From the NCBI GenBank assembly GCA_043767845.1, contig JAYUFZ010000006.1, positions 6,726 to 70,725 of the forward strand: a stretch of DNA of 64,000 bases, given 5' to 3'. The stretch comes from a bacterium. Lineage in GTDB: Bacteria; Patescibacteriota; Saccharimonadia; UBA4664; JBBRNT01. Shown here one piece after another: positions 18,783 through 27,303 of this stretch; position 1 is the first letter of the stretch, and each line of letters begins with the position of its first letter. The notes under the pieces are model-generated. The model did no database searches. It was not told the origin of the DNA and was given only the letters and a program-made list of their open reading frames with translations. The position numbers were made by a program, and so were the translations under genes.

Positions 18783-20585
18783 ATGCCAGCCCGCCGCCTG
18801 CTCCTGCTCTGTCTATTGGCCGCTTCGGCGGTCCTGATGGCGAGCTGCAGCATCGGCCTCAACCAGTCAATCTTGCTGCGTAGCGACATGCCCACCCAGG
18901 GTATGGAGGCCAACGTGGCTTATCGCATCACCTCGGCTCCCGATGGCAAGAGCGAGATCAACGAAGCGGTGCTCAGTGGCATGAACGATGTCAGCCCGCT
19001 GCCCTTGCTGACCACCACCTTCGGCAAGGGCGCCGGTACCGTGACCCAGCGCGTCCAAGCAACTGCCAGTGATGGCAGCGCCATGAACGTTCTCGGCATG
19101 ACCAAGCAACAGCTCGGTTTTGGCCTGCACGATGCCCTGACCGTCGACTCCGCCACCTACGAACTGCACGACGCCGCTGGCCTTCGGGTTTGCGGCGCCA
19201 AGGTTCGGATGCTGTGGTTGCCCGACGCTGCCAAATTCATTGCCGGCGATACCCGCAGCTGGGACGCTATCTGGTACTACGATGTACCGTGCGCAGCCGA
19301 CCAGCCCAAGCTGGACATTTCCCGAGCCACCTTCCACGCCCTGGTCATCACCCAGCAGTTCGCACCAAGGATCACTGGCAAGCCGTTGTTCTACAACCGC
19401 GGCAACAGCGTGACTATCGTTGGCGGACAGCCCGCCGCCTTTGCTGGTGGCTGGTGGACGCGCAACGCCCGCCCGGACAACGCCAACAGCATCCTCGGCG
19501 CCCAGGCTCTGGTAAAGAACCTGGTTGTCGATCTCGACCACAACGGCTGGATGAAGTTCAGCCCGAGTGGCCCGTACAAGGATAGCGCCTTGGTCTACTC
19601 CGCCGGCGACGCCGACGTCTACGCCAGCTTCAACCGCGCCTTCTTGGATCGCCAAGTCGACTACATCGTCAACTTCCGCTCCAGCCCCAGCCGCCCCTGG
19701 CGCAAGATCGTCGTCCATCCCATCTACAATCTGGAGTGGAATGACTTTGCCCAGAACTGGGAGGCCAGTAAGGGCTTCAACCCGTTGCATATCGACGACC
19801 GGCTGGACAAGAATGGCTTCCCCAAGGACGCCAACGACAGTGTCCTCAAGGAAGTCGAGACGGCTGGCTGCCAGAACTGCCCCAACCCGACGCTGGAGCA
19901 AATCCAGATCAAGGACGGCGACAGTGGCAAGGTGCTCTACGCCATGACCATCCGCGGCTACATCGGCGCCGAAAGTTCGATGGTGATGTTTGGCCAAGTG
20001 CCAGGCAGCCTGCAGAGCTTCAAGGACACGGCTTCCACCGAGGCCAAGACCACCGGCCTGTCCAGCTGTCCGATCCGCTACGACGACAAGGGTGAAGCCC
20101 TCGACGCCGACAAGCAGATCTCGGCCGGCGACTGTGCCAGACTGCTCCGTGAAGGTGCACTCTGGCAGCTGATTACCGAGGATCCGCACAAGTTTGGCTT
20201 CGACCTGGTCGGCCAATTCCGGGTGCGCGATGAAAGCCTCTGGAAGCAGGTTTGCTCCGGATCGGGTGACTCGCTGAGTTGCTCAACTATCCGCCAGACC
20301 AGCGACCTCAAGGCCAACTACCTCTTCGACGGCCTCGACGTCTCCAAACCCTGGACCGTCTTGCAGCTGCTCGGTGAGGTAGGCGTTCGCACGCTCGGCC
20401 TGAGCTACGCCAGTGGCCAGTTCGCTGGTTCCGGCCTGCTGTTCGGCATGTCGCAGCCGCTGATGCGCCAGCAGTATTTCGGGGGCATTACCGACCCGGA
20501 AATGGTCTTCGGCTTCGACGCCCGAGCCATGCAGCTCCCCAACACCCTGGGGCAGGCCGAAAACCTGCTCTACCCACCCAAGTAG
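18783..20585 (+). CDS. lipoprotein of unknown function, compositionally foreign (high GC)
   Basis: Start chosen at ATG 18783 (MPARRLLLLCLLAASAVLMASC, lipobox LMASC); the ORF also opens at TTG 18765. The gene is about 63-65% GC with strong GC3 bias (CTG/GCC/GGC/AAG codons) against roughly 50-55% flanks. No family recognised. Confidence 0.7.
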   Translation: MPARRLLLLCLLAASAVLMASCSIGLNQSILLRSDMPTQGMEANVAYRITSAPDGKSEINEAVLSGMNDVSPLPLLTTTFGKGAGTVTQRVQATASDGSAMNVLGMTKQQLGFGLHDALTVDSATYELHDAAGLRVCGAKVRMLWLPDAAKFIAGDTRSWDAIWYYDVPCAADQPKLDISRATFHALVITQQFAPRITGKPLFYNRGNSVTIVGGQPAAFAGGWWTRNARPDNANSILGAQALVKNLVVDLDHNGWMKFSPSGPYKDSALVYSAGDADVYASFNRAFLDRQVDYIVNFRSSPSRPWRKIVVHPIYNLEWNDFAQNWEASKGFNPLHIDDRLDKNGFPKDANDSVLKEVETAGCQNCPNPTLEQIQIKDGDSGKVLYAMTIRGYIGAESSMVMFGQVPGSLQSFKDTASTEAKTTGLSSCPIRYDDKGEALDADKQISAGDCARLLREGALWQLITEDPHKFGFDLVGQFRVRDESLWKQVCSGSGDSLSCSTIRQTSDLKANYLFDGLDVSKPWTVLQLLGEVGVRTLGLSYASGQFAGSGLLFGMSQPLMRQQYFGGITDPEMVFGFDARAMQLPNTLGQAENLLYPPK

Positions 20586-20602
20586 CCGGAACTCCCAGCC
20601 CC

Positions 20603-20653
20603 GCGGGCAGATATTTGATGATTCGTCATCAGACATCTGCCCGCTTTTGTTTT
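20603..20653 (+). terminator. rho-independent terminator (long interrupted hairpin plus T-tract)
   Basis: GCGGGCAGAT...TGATGA-ttcg-TCATCA...ATCTGCCCGC followed by TTTTGTTTT. Confidence 0.75.
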
Positions 20654-20726
20654 ACTAATTTTCTGGGCGCGCGAGCCAGGACGGTGATCTGCTCAAGTTC
20701 GGCCAAATCTGTGCTAGTATAGTCGC

Positions 20727-21527
20727 ATGTTACTTCCTGGCGCAGATATCGCCGCCTTTATCCAAGAACGCCATTTTCACAGCGCGCGCGGGCTCCGGCC
20801 CCGGGCGCATTTGGTCATATTAGAATTTCAAGCCAGCGGTCCGAGCGCTAGCTATATTAAGGCCAAACAGCGCTATGGCGAAGAAATTGGGGCAACTGTT
20901 GAGTACGTCCAGCTCGACCCTCAGCTTTCCACCGAGCAAGCCACCCAGCAACTGGAGCTCTACAATGCTCGGCCCGAAGTACACGGAATTATCATTCAGC
21001 TGCCGCTACCAGAGCAGATTGACCCCAAACGGCTGCTGAACACTATTGCCCCAACCAGAGATGTCGATGGCCTCGGAGATAAGGCGGTTTATAGCTCGGC
21101 CACGGCCACCGGTATTATGTGGCTTTTGGGCAGCCATGGCGTGGTTACTCGAGGGGCTAACGTCGCAGTTATCGGCCAGGGTCTAGCCGCCGGTAAGCCA
21201 GTAGCCGATATGCTCGAAGCAGCTGGCGCCGTGGTATCGCGTTGCGATATTCGCACTAAGAATCTAGAAGTTATTACCAAGGCTGCCCAAATTATCATTT
21301 CGGCTACCGGTCAACCCGGACTCATTACTAGAAGCATGGTTTCCGACGGCGCGGTTATTGTCGATGCCGGTGTTGGTATGCCCAAAGAAGGTGGCCTAAA
21401 AGGCGACGTCGACCCGGCTCTCTATGACGACCCTAGGCTGAAGGTCACCCCCGTCCCCGGCGGCGTCGGCCCCATGACCGTGGCGGCATTGTTCGAACAC
21501 TTGCTGGTCGCCGCCCGCAAAAAGTAA
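20727..21527 (+). CDS. folD: bifunctional methylenetetrahydrofolate dehydrogenase/cyclohydrolase FolD
   Basis: GIIIQLPLP and PVPGGVGPMTVA motifs. 266 aa. Confidence 0.9.
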   Translation: MLLPGADIAAFIQERHFHSARGLRPRAHLVILEFQASGPSASYIKAKQRYGEEIGATVEYVQLDPQLSTEQATQQLELYNARPEVHGIIIQLPLPEQIDPKRLLNTIAPTRDVDGLGDKAVYSSATATGIMWLLGSHGVVTRGANVAVIGQGLAAGKPVADMLEAAGAVVSRCDIRTKNLEVITKAAQIIISATGQPGLITRSMVSDGAVIVDAGVGMPKEGGLKGDVDPALYDDPRLKVTPVPGGVGPMTVAALFEHLLVAARKK

Positions 21528-22208
21528 CTATTTGGGCAGTTTCAGGCCGTAGATGAGCGCCATAATTTCTTGGGCAGTCTTATTGCTGCAGTCCATCGGC
21601 CGGCCAATAGTGATACTAGCCCGTCTGCCGAGCAGGTGCCCGGCGGTCCACTGGATGTGCATAGGGATAATCAAGACGTCGGGTTGCTTGGCTAATACCG
21701 CTACCCCGTGCTTAGCATAGGCAGTTCCCGGGATAGTGCGTCGTCCCTCAGGGAAGATATTGATGGTCTGATGTTTGGACAACAAGGATTGCGCCAGTTC
21801 CAGGCCATAGGGCATGCTATCGTGGCGGGTGGCAGGGAAGCAGCCAAAGGCTACCAAAAATGGATAGTAATACCATTTGGTGAAGAAAAATGAGTACACA
21901 AAAGAGCGGATTGGCGCCAGCTTTCGCCAGCTAGCAAAGGGGATTTGGCCGCTTAGTATAAAAGGGTCGAGCATACTTTGATGGTTGGGGGCAGTCACAT
22001 AGCCCTTATGAGGATCAATATCGTCCGGCTTCAGCAGAATATGGACTTTATCCACAAACAGCCAACCCAAAACACGCGGAATAAGCCACAGCATCACAAA
22101 CTGCACGGCTATCATGAAAGGTAAAAAGACCGCGTTCTGCAGTGCTGCCCCGGTAGTTTCTTGCCTAGGTTTTTCAACTGGAGTAGGAGCTAAAAAAGTG
22201 TTAGCCAT
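21528..22208 (-). CDS. plsC: 1-acyl-sn-glycerol-3-phosphate acyltransferase (PlsC family)
   Basis: NHQSMLD (HxxxxD) and FPEGRR acyltransferase motifs, with an N-terminal TM. Confidence 0.8.
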   Translation of the reverse strand: MANTFLAPTPVEKPRQETTGAALQNAVFLPFMIAVQFVMLWLIPRVLGWLFVDKVHILLKPDDIDPHKGYVTAPNHQSMLDPFILSGQIPFASWRKLAPIRSFVYSFFFTKWYYYPFLVAFGCFPATRHDSMPYGLELAQSLLSKHQTINIFPEGRRTIPGTAYAKHGVAVLAKQPDVLIIPMHIQWTAGHLLGRRASITIGRPMDCSNKTAQEIMALIYGLKLPK

Positions 22209-22315
22209 TTTTGTTTTACTTGTCTACCAATGCATCATAGGTCAAAAGGAAGGTTAGTACAAGATACGGAAGTGGCCTGGCGCGTGCGTTTGAAGCTATC
22301 CCCAAAAACCGCTTT

Positions 22316-22567
22316 TTATAGTGGATTCTTGAATTGCCCAATTTCCGATAGGTGTTTAAGCGCTGTTTCGACCTGGCCCAAGATACCTGGGCGGCTTTGT
22401 TCGATCTCGGCTTTATGGAGCCGCCAAGCGGCAGTTTCTGTGGCATCCAGGAAGTACATCCGAAGAATTGCTCGATCAGCTTCTGACAAACGGGCATATA
22501 TGCGCGGATGAAACTCAATAAAACTTTCAATTACACCCAGGCGTTCGAGGTATTTTTGATCGTCCAT
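22316..22567 (-). CDS. small HTH protein resembling sigma-70 region 4
   Basis: 83 aa. The segment LSEADRAILRMYFLDATE resembles the region-4/LuxR-type HTH consensus. No region-2 sequence is present. Confidence 0.4.
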   Translation of the reverse strand: MDDQKYLERLGVIESFIEFHPRIYARLSEADRAILRMYFLDATETAAWRLHKAEIEQSRPGILGQVETALKHLSEIGQFKNPL

Positions 22568-22723
22568 AGTCTTAGTATTATCCTATACCCCGTGGTCGGC
22601 TAGGTATTTGAGCACTTTGTCGAAATCATTAGCCTCATAGAGAAACCTTGATAATCCTATGCATATCATATTTAGGCGTTCGAAAAGGTTGTCGAAACCA
22701 ATTGTCTGTATCAGAATAAGCTC

Positions 22724-23539
22724 ATGGTTTCTCAAGTTAAACAATTATTCCGTTATCGGTCACTACTCACGAACAAGCAGCCCGATAATCTTGAGGTTAG
22801 AGTTATCAGTGACCCAAAATCACTCTTAGCGGCTAGGCAGCTTCATGCCCGGCGTTATTTACGGTGGGGTTACATTCAAGAAAGTGATATTGCAAGCAAC
22901 GGTACGATGAACCGGCATGCAGACCCATATGCTGGACACTCGATATACTTTGCAGTATTCGACAAATCCAAGGCGGGCACTCCACTCGTCGCTGTATCGC
23001 GACAGATCAAGCTGCGTCCAGGATCAAAATCTCACCATGATCTCCCAACCCTAGCTAACGTTCCACTTGGGAAAGAGGCCATAGAAGAGATCGAACGATA
23101 TACGCTGGGGGAATGTGTGGAAATCTCAGCACTCGTCAAAGACTCTGGAGTATCATCACTCGCCCCGCTCATGCTGTACAGGGCCATGTGGCATTATTCA
23201 CTTATGAACGGCCACAAGTTGTGGTTAATGGGTGTTGATCGAAGCGTTTATCGTCTTCTGGACGCTGTATTCGACAAATCTATCGAGCGAATTGGCGGAG
23301 AAGCATTTTACATGGGCAGTTTGGTAATTCCAGCTTCGGTGAGGATAGGCAATACGGTTGATAATATCATTCACGACCTCACCAGCAAGAACTTTACTGC
23401 CCTATTGTGGCAAAGGGATCTCGCACTGTTTTTGTGTGATGGGTTACCAAAGCAAGTTTTGAGTCCGGGTCAAATGAAACTTCTTGAGAAATCTGGGCAG
23501 CATGGCAAGCAGGCCTTGGAAGGCTTGGCCTATGAGTAG
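22724..23539 (+). CDS. hypothetical protein, possibly LuxI/FeeM-like N-acyltransferase (autoinducer-synthase superfamily)
   Basis: 271 aa. The N-terminal segment ARRYLRWGYIQESD...DPYAGHSIYFAVFD...VAVSRQIKL...VEISALV loosely follows the LuxI/FeeM R..F..LGW / E.D / D / R / E.S pattern. The assignment is tentative. Confidence 0.5.
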   Translation: MVSQVKQLFRYRSLLTNKQPDNLEVRVISDPKSLLAARQLHARRYLRWGYIQESDIASNGTMNRHADPYAGHSIYFAVFDKSKAGTPLVAVSRQIKLRPGSKSHHDLPTLANVPLGKEAIEEIERYTLGECVEISALVKDSGVSSLAPLMLYRAMWHYSLMNGHKLWLMGVDRSVYRLLDAVFDKSIERIGGEAFYMGSLVIPASVRIGNTVDNIIHDLTSKNFTALLWQRDLALFLCDGLPKQVLSPGQMKLLEKSGQHGKQALEGLAYE

Positions 23540-24413
23540 CAAGGAAAACGAGCGCCGCTTTGCCCGCAACCTAGGCTTTATTTCAGTTGATGAGCAGCGG
23601 AAACTTGCCGACGCGCGGGTTGGTATCGCGGGTTGTGGTGGCGATGGCGGGCAAGCTGCAGAAGCTTTAGCCCGTATGGGAGTGGGCGCTTTTGTATTAG
23701 CTGATCCTGAAATATTTGAACTGGAGAATATCAACCGCCAGTGCGCGGCAGAGGACGGAATAGGCGAGAACAAGGCAGAAGTAATCGCTAGACGTATTGC
23801 AAAGATTAACCCCCTAGCCAAGATTCGGGTTTATACCGAAGGGATTACGATTGCCAATATTACGAAATTTGTTGATGCGTCAGACATAATCGTAGACGAG
23901 TCGGACTTTACTGTTCCACACATTGGAATCGCCCTTGCCCGCGAAGCCCGCCGTCAGCACAAGGTTGTAGTTATGGGCTTAAACCTAGGCTTTGGAGGAC
24001 TTGTAACCTCATTTGTCCCGGGTCGAATGACGCTCGAGCGACGCTTAGGATATAGTACGACATCTGCAATTTCGGAAATAGAAGCTGATTCCAAAACCAG
24101 CGATTTACAGCCCTGGCGCTGGATACCAGCACTACCCGGTTATACTGACCTTGGCGCTTTGGCGCGCGTGGTAAGGGGTGAGATATCTGTACCTTCGGTC
24201 GTTCAGGGTGTGTTGCAGTGCGCAGCCATGACTTCAACTGAAGTCTATAAACACCTTACGGGAGGTAAAGGAGTGCATGTAGCGCCCGTATACCAGTGGA
24301 TCGATCCCAAGCAGGGTACCCAACGTCGTGTAAGAGCCTCGCGCATATCCTTTTACTCGACTTTACTGCGGATTGCAGCTAGGCGGTCACTCGGTCGTCG
24401 TAAAGTCTCCTAA
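23532..24413 (+). CDS. ThiF/MoeB/E1-like adenylyltransferase with C-terminal extension
   Basis: ATG 23532 overlaps the upstream stop by 8 nt. Nucleotide-binding VGIAGCGGDGGQAAEALARMGVG and LADPEIFELENINRQ motifs. No CxxC zinc knuckle. About 110 extra C-terminal residues. Confidence 0.8.
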   Translation: MSSKENERRFARNLGFISVDEQRKLADARVGIAGCGGDGGQAAEALARMGVGAFVLADPEIFELENINRQCAAEDGIGENKAEVIARRIAKINPLAKIRVYTEGITIANITKFVDASDIIVDESDFTVPHIGIALAREARRQHKVVVMGLNLGFGGLVTSFVPGRMTLERRLGYSTTSAISEIEADSKTSDLQPWRWIPALPGYTDLGALARVVRGEISVPSVVQGVLQCAAMTSTEVYKHLTGGKGVHVAPVYQWIDPKQGTQRRVRASRISFYSTLLRIAARRSLGRRKVS

Positions 24414-24449
24414 GTTTACCGAGAACTATTTGCTATACTAATAGCAGTT

Positions 24450-26669
24450 ATGCTTTTAAAGTTTATTGTGCTTGCCGTCGTTTGTCTGCTAAGCAGCGTT
24501 CTTGGCATATTTGTATTTATTAAAAACCCCAAAGATAAGACTTTTCGTGCTTTTGGTGGGTTTGTGCTTGCGACGAATCTCTGGCTGCTCTCTGACTTCT
24601 TAAGTAATAGCTTGTCGCTCCCAAAATCGACGGTTCTGCTCATGAACTATTTAACTCTGGCATTCCCGGTATTAGCCTTATATGTTTTGATCCTTTTCTG
24701 CCTCTACTTAACTAAAAGATTAGCGGGCATCCCACACCTCGGATTGCAGGTCATTGCCTTGGCAGCAGCAGTAGTTACAGCCCTCTGTTTTACTCCATAT
24801 TTTGTTCAAGATGTAGTCGCCAGTCAGGGCATCTATAAGATTACTTTTGGCCCCCTGATCAATATTTATTTCGGATACATTGTAGTAGGTATTATTATTG
24901 TAGGCATTGTCCTGGGGCGCAGTTATTTCTTGGCCAGAGCGGCTGAGCGAACGCGGCTGGGCTATGTCATTGCCAGTATTATTTTGGCCTTGGGCAGCGC
25001 ATTTATTACCAACTTGGCCGTTCCATTGATAGCCCACAATTTTAGTCTAGTAATCTATGCTCCCATTTCCGCACTTATCCTGACGATTGGATTCTCATAC
25101 GCTATTGTCAACCAGCGTCTGTTTGATATACGAGCAATTATTGCCCGCTCGGTGACCTATTTATTCCTCCTGGCAACACTGGCGACTATCTATGGCTTCA
25201 CTCTTTTTGGAATCTCTCAGCTGTTCTTCACGGACCGCAGCTCTTCACCGGTTGAGATCGCAACCTATATTGTCTTGGCGCTCATTCTATCATTTACGTT
25301 TCCGACCCTTCGGCAATTTTTTGAGCGTACGACTGACCGCATTTTCTTCAAAAATCGCTACGATACACAGGACGTTCTGGACAATGTGGGCAAGGTGCTA
25401 GTCCAGGAAATGGATATCGATGCTATGTTGCGAGATGTTCTTGAAGTAATTTGCAAACAAGTACATATTTCTCATGGCCAGTTCTTCATTTTTAACAGCG
25501 ATCGGATTTATAAGGTGGCTCACTTTGGCCCACTGCCTCAGCGACTCATTGTTGTACCAGAACTAGAGCATTTGCATAAACAGTTAATCCTTGCTGATGA
25601 AGTGGCCCCCGGAAAGCTCAAAGATATAATGAGTAGCCACAGCATTCGTTTGAGCAAAAGACTCCACACTAAGGACGATTTTGTCGGATTCTTACTTCTA
25701 GGCGACAAACTAAGTGGCGATATCTACTCAGATCAGGATGTGAAACTCATCGAAATCATGTCCTCGAGTCTAGCCATCGCTATCCAGAACGCCAAATCCT
25801 ATGAACAAATCCGCCAGTTCAACATCACTCTCCAAGAAAAAATCGAGCAGGCTACTAAGCGTTTGCGGGTGGCAAATGCCAACCTCAAGAGCCTCGATAA
25901 GGCCAAGGATGAGTTTATTTCGATGGCTTCACATCAGTTGCGCACGCCGCTGACGACCATTAAGGGCTATGTGTCGATGATTCTTGAGGGCGATACGGGG
26001 CCTATTACCGATGAGCAGAAGGAATTCCTGAACTACGCTTTTGCTGGTTCGGAGCGGATGGTTAGCTTGATCTCAGACTTGCTCAATGTCTCGAGGCTAG
26101 CTGCCGGCCGATTTATAATTGAGCGAACGCCGACCGATATCGTGGCGGTGGTGGCCGATGAGGTTCGTCAGCTGCAGTCGCACGCCGCAGCCAAAAACCT
26201 GCAACTGGTCTTTACGCCGCCTGCCACGCCGCTGGCTACTATCTCGATCGATGAGAACAAGACCAGGCAAGTCATGATGAACTTCATCGACAACGCCATT
26301 TACTACACTAAGGAAGGCAAGGTTAGCGTGGCAGTCGGCGAGAGCAAGGATATGGTTCGCTTTACCGTTACCGATACGGGCATCGGCGTGCCGAAGGACT
26401 CGCAGAACAAACTCTTTACCAAATTCTACCGTGCCGGCAATGCCCAAACTGTCCGACCGGACGGCACCGGGCTGGGCCTCTACTTGGCCAAGCGGGTTAT
26501 CGAGGACCAAGGTGGTACAATAGTCTTTGAAAGCCATGAGGGCAAGGGCAGCACGTTCGGGTTTGAAATACCGCTCCATGTGCCAGCCAGCACCGCGCCC
26601 AAGGCCACTGTCATTATTAGTAAGAAACATAGCCAGCCTGTCGCACTCAAGACAGAGAAGAAAGAATGA
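24450..26669 (+). CDS. sensor histidine kinase with N-terminal polytopic (7TM-type) sensor and GAF domain
   Basis: 739 aa. About 300-aa hydrophobic N-terminus, GAF-like middle, HisKA SHQLRTPLTTIKGYVSMIL, HATPase GTGLGLYLAKRVIEDQGG. Confidence 0.85.
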   Translation: MLLKFIVLAVVCLLSSVLGIFVFIKNPKDKTFRAFGGFVLATNLWLLSDFLSNSLSLPKSTVLLMNYLTLAFPVLALYVLILFCLYLTKRLAGIPHLGLQVIALAAAVVTALCFTPYFVQDVVASQGIYKITFGPLINIYFGYIVVGIIIVGIVLGRSYFLARAAERTRLGYVIASIILALGSAFITNLAVPLIAHNFSLVIYAPISALILTIGFSYAIVNQRLFDIRAIIARSVTYLFLLATLATIYGFTLFGISQLFFTDRSSSPVEIATYIVLALILSFTFPTLRQFFERTTDRIFFKNRYDTQDVLDNVGKVLVQEMDIDAMLRDVLEVICKQVHISHGQFFIFNSDRIYKVAHFGPLPQRLIVVPELEHLHKQLILADEVAPGKLKDIMSSHSIRLSKRLHTKDDFVGFLLLGDKLSGDIYSDQDVKLIEIMSSSLAIAIQNAKSYEQIRQFNITLQEKIEQATKRLRVANANLKSLDKAKDEFISMASHQLRTPLTTIKGYVSMILEGDTGPITDEQKEFLNYAFAGSERMVSLISDLLNVSRLAAGRFIIERTPTDIVAVVADEVRQLQSHAAAKNLQLVFTPPATPLATISIDENKTRQVMMNFIDNAIYYTKEGKVSVAVGESKDMVRFTVTDTGIGVPKDSQNKLFTKFYRAGNAQTVRPDGTGLGLYLAKRVIEDQGGTIVFESHEGKGSTFGFEIPLHVPASTAPKATVIISKKHSQPVALKTEKKE

Positions 26670-27124
26670 CTCGTATTACCTCACCTGCTGACTCACTCGA
26701 CAATCGCCCTGGTGCCGTGCTCTCCAACGGCAAAACTGTGCTAGTGGCCGAGGACGACCCTTTTATTTCTCGGATGTATGAAACCAAGCTGACCAACTCT
26801 GGCTATTATGTGGTGCTAGCCAATAATGGTCGCGACGCCTACGAGAAGATCAAGGACACTAAGCCGGATTTGCTGCTGCTCGACATAAATATGCCTGAGC
26901 TCTCGGGGTTTGAAGTCTTGGGCGCCCTGAACGGCGACGGCTACGATATGAGCACCACGCCAGTCATGGTGCTGACCAACTCCAGTAATATGGCCGACCG
27001 TAAAGTTGCCGAAAGCTATGGTGCCGAATACATGATCAAGGCCGAGCTTACCCCTCGCGCCGTACTGGAGCGCATCAATGCCAAGCTGGGAATCGACGCC
27101 CCGGGTACGGCGGTGGGCCAATGA
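26666..27124 (+). CDS. single-domain response regulator (receiver only)
   Basis: ATGA overlap with the HK stop. VLVAEDDPFI...LLLLDINMPELSGFEVL receiver motifs. 152 aa, with no output domain. Confidence 0.85.
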   Translation: MTRITSPADSLDNRPGAVLSNGKTVLVAEDDPFISRMYETKLTNSGYYVVLANNGRDAYEKIKDTKPDLLLLDINMPELSGFEVLGALNGDGYDMSTTPVMVLTNSSNMADRKVAESYGAEYMIKAELTPRAVLERINAKLGIDAPGTAVGQ

Positions 27125-27300
27125 TCACGGCCCTAGCTACCGCAGTAATTGTATTTCTTACGAGCTTTATTGGTCTTAACTTGGTCGAAGTCCAGATCCA
27201 TCGCATGACCAAGAACAAAGATACGAGCTACCGGACTGGGGTTTGGGTCTTTGCCTTGCTACTAGCCGGCTATGCCTTCGCTAGCAGCCTGGGTCGCTAG
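27121..27300 (+). CDS. 59-aa two-helix small membrane protein
   Basis: Not in the ORF track because it is under 60 aa. ATGA-coupled to the receiver gene. MITALATAVIVFLTSFIGLNLVEVQIHRMTKNKDTSYRTGVWVFALLLAGYAFASSLGR. Confidence 0.4.
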   Translation: MITALATAVIVFLTSFIGLNLVEVQIHRMTKNKDTSYRTGVWVFALLLAGYAFASSLGR

Positions 27301-27303
27301 AGA

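Noticed and set aside
18867-20216. 449-aa minus-strand ORF, plus several 60-130 aa ORFs, inside the high-GC lipoprotein gene.
   Set aside because: These are typical long antisense ORFs generated by high GC3 content. The sense frame has a lipoprotein signal, promoter and terminator.
24720-27121. Minus-strand ORFs 24720..25037, 26097..26630 and 26816..27121 inside the kinase/receiver genes.
   Set aside because: Antisense to well-supported kinase and receiver domains. No independent signals.
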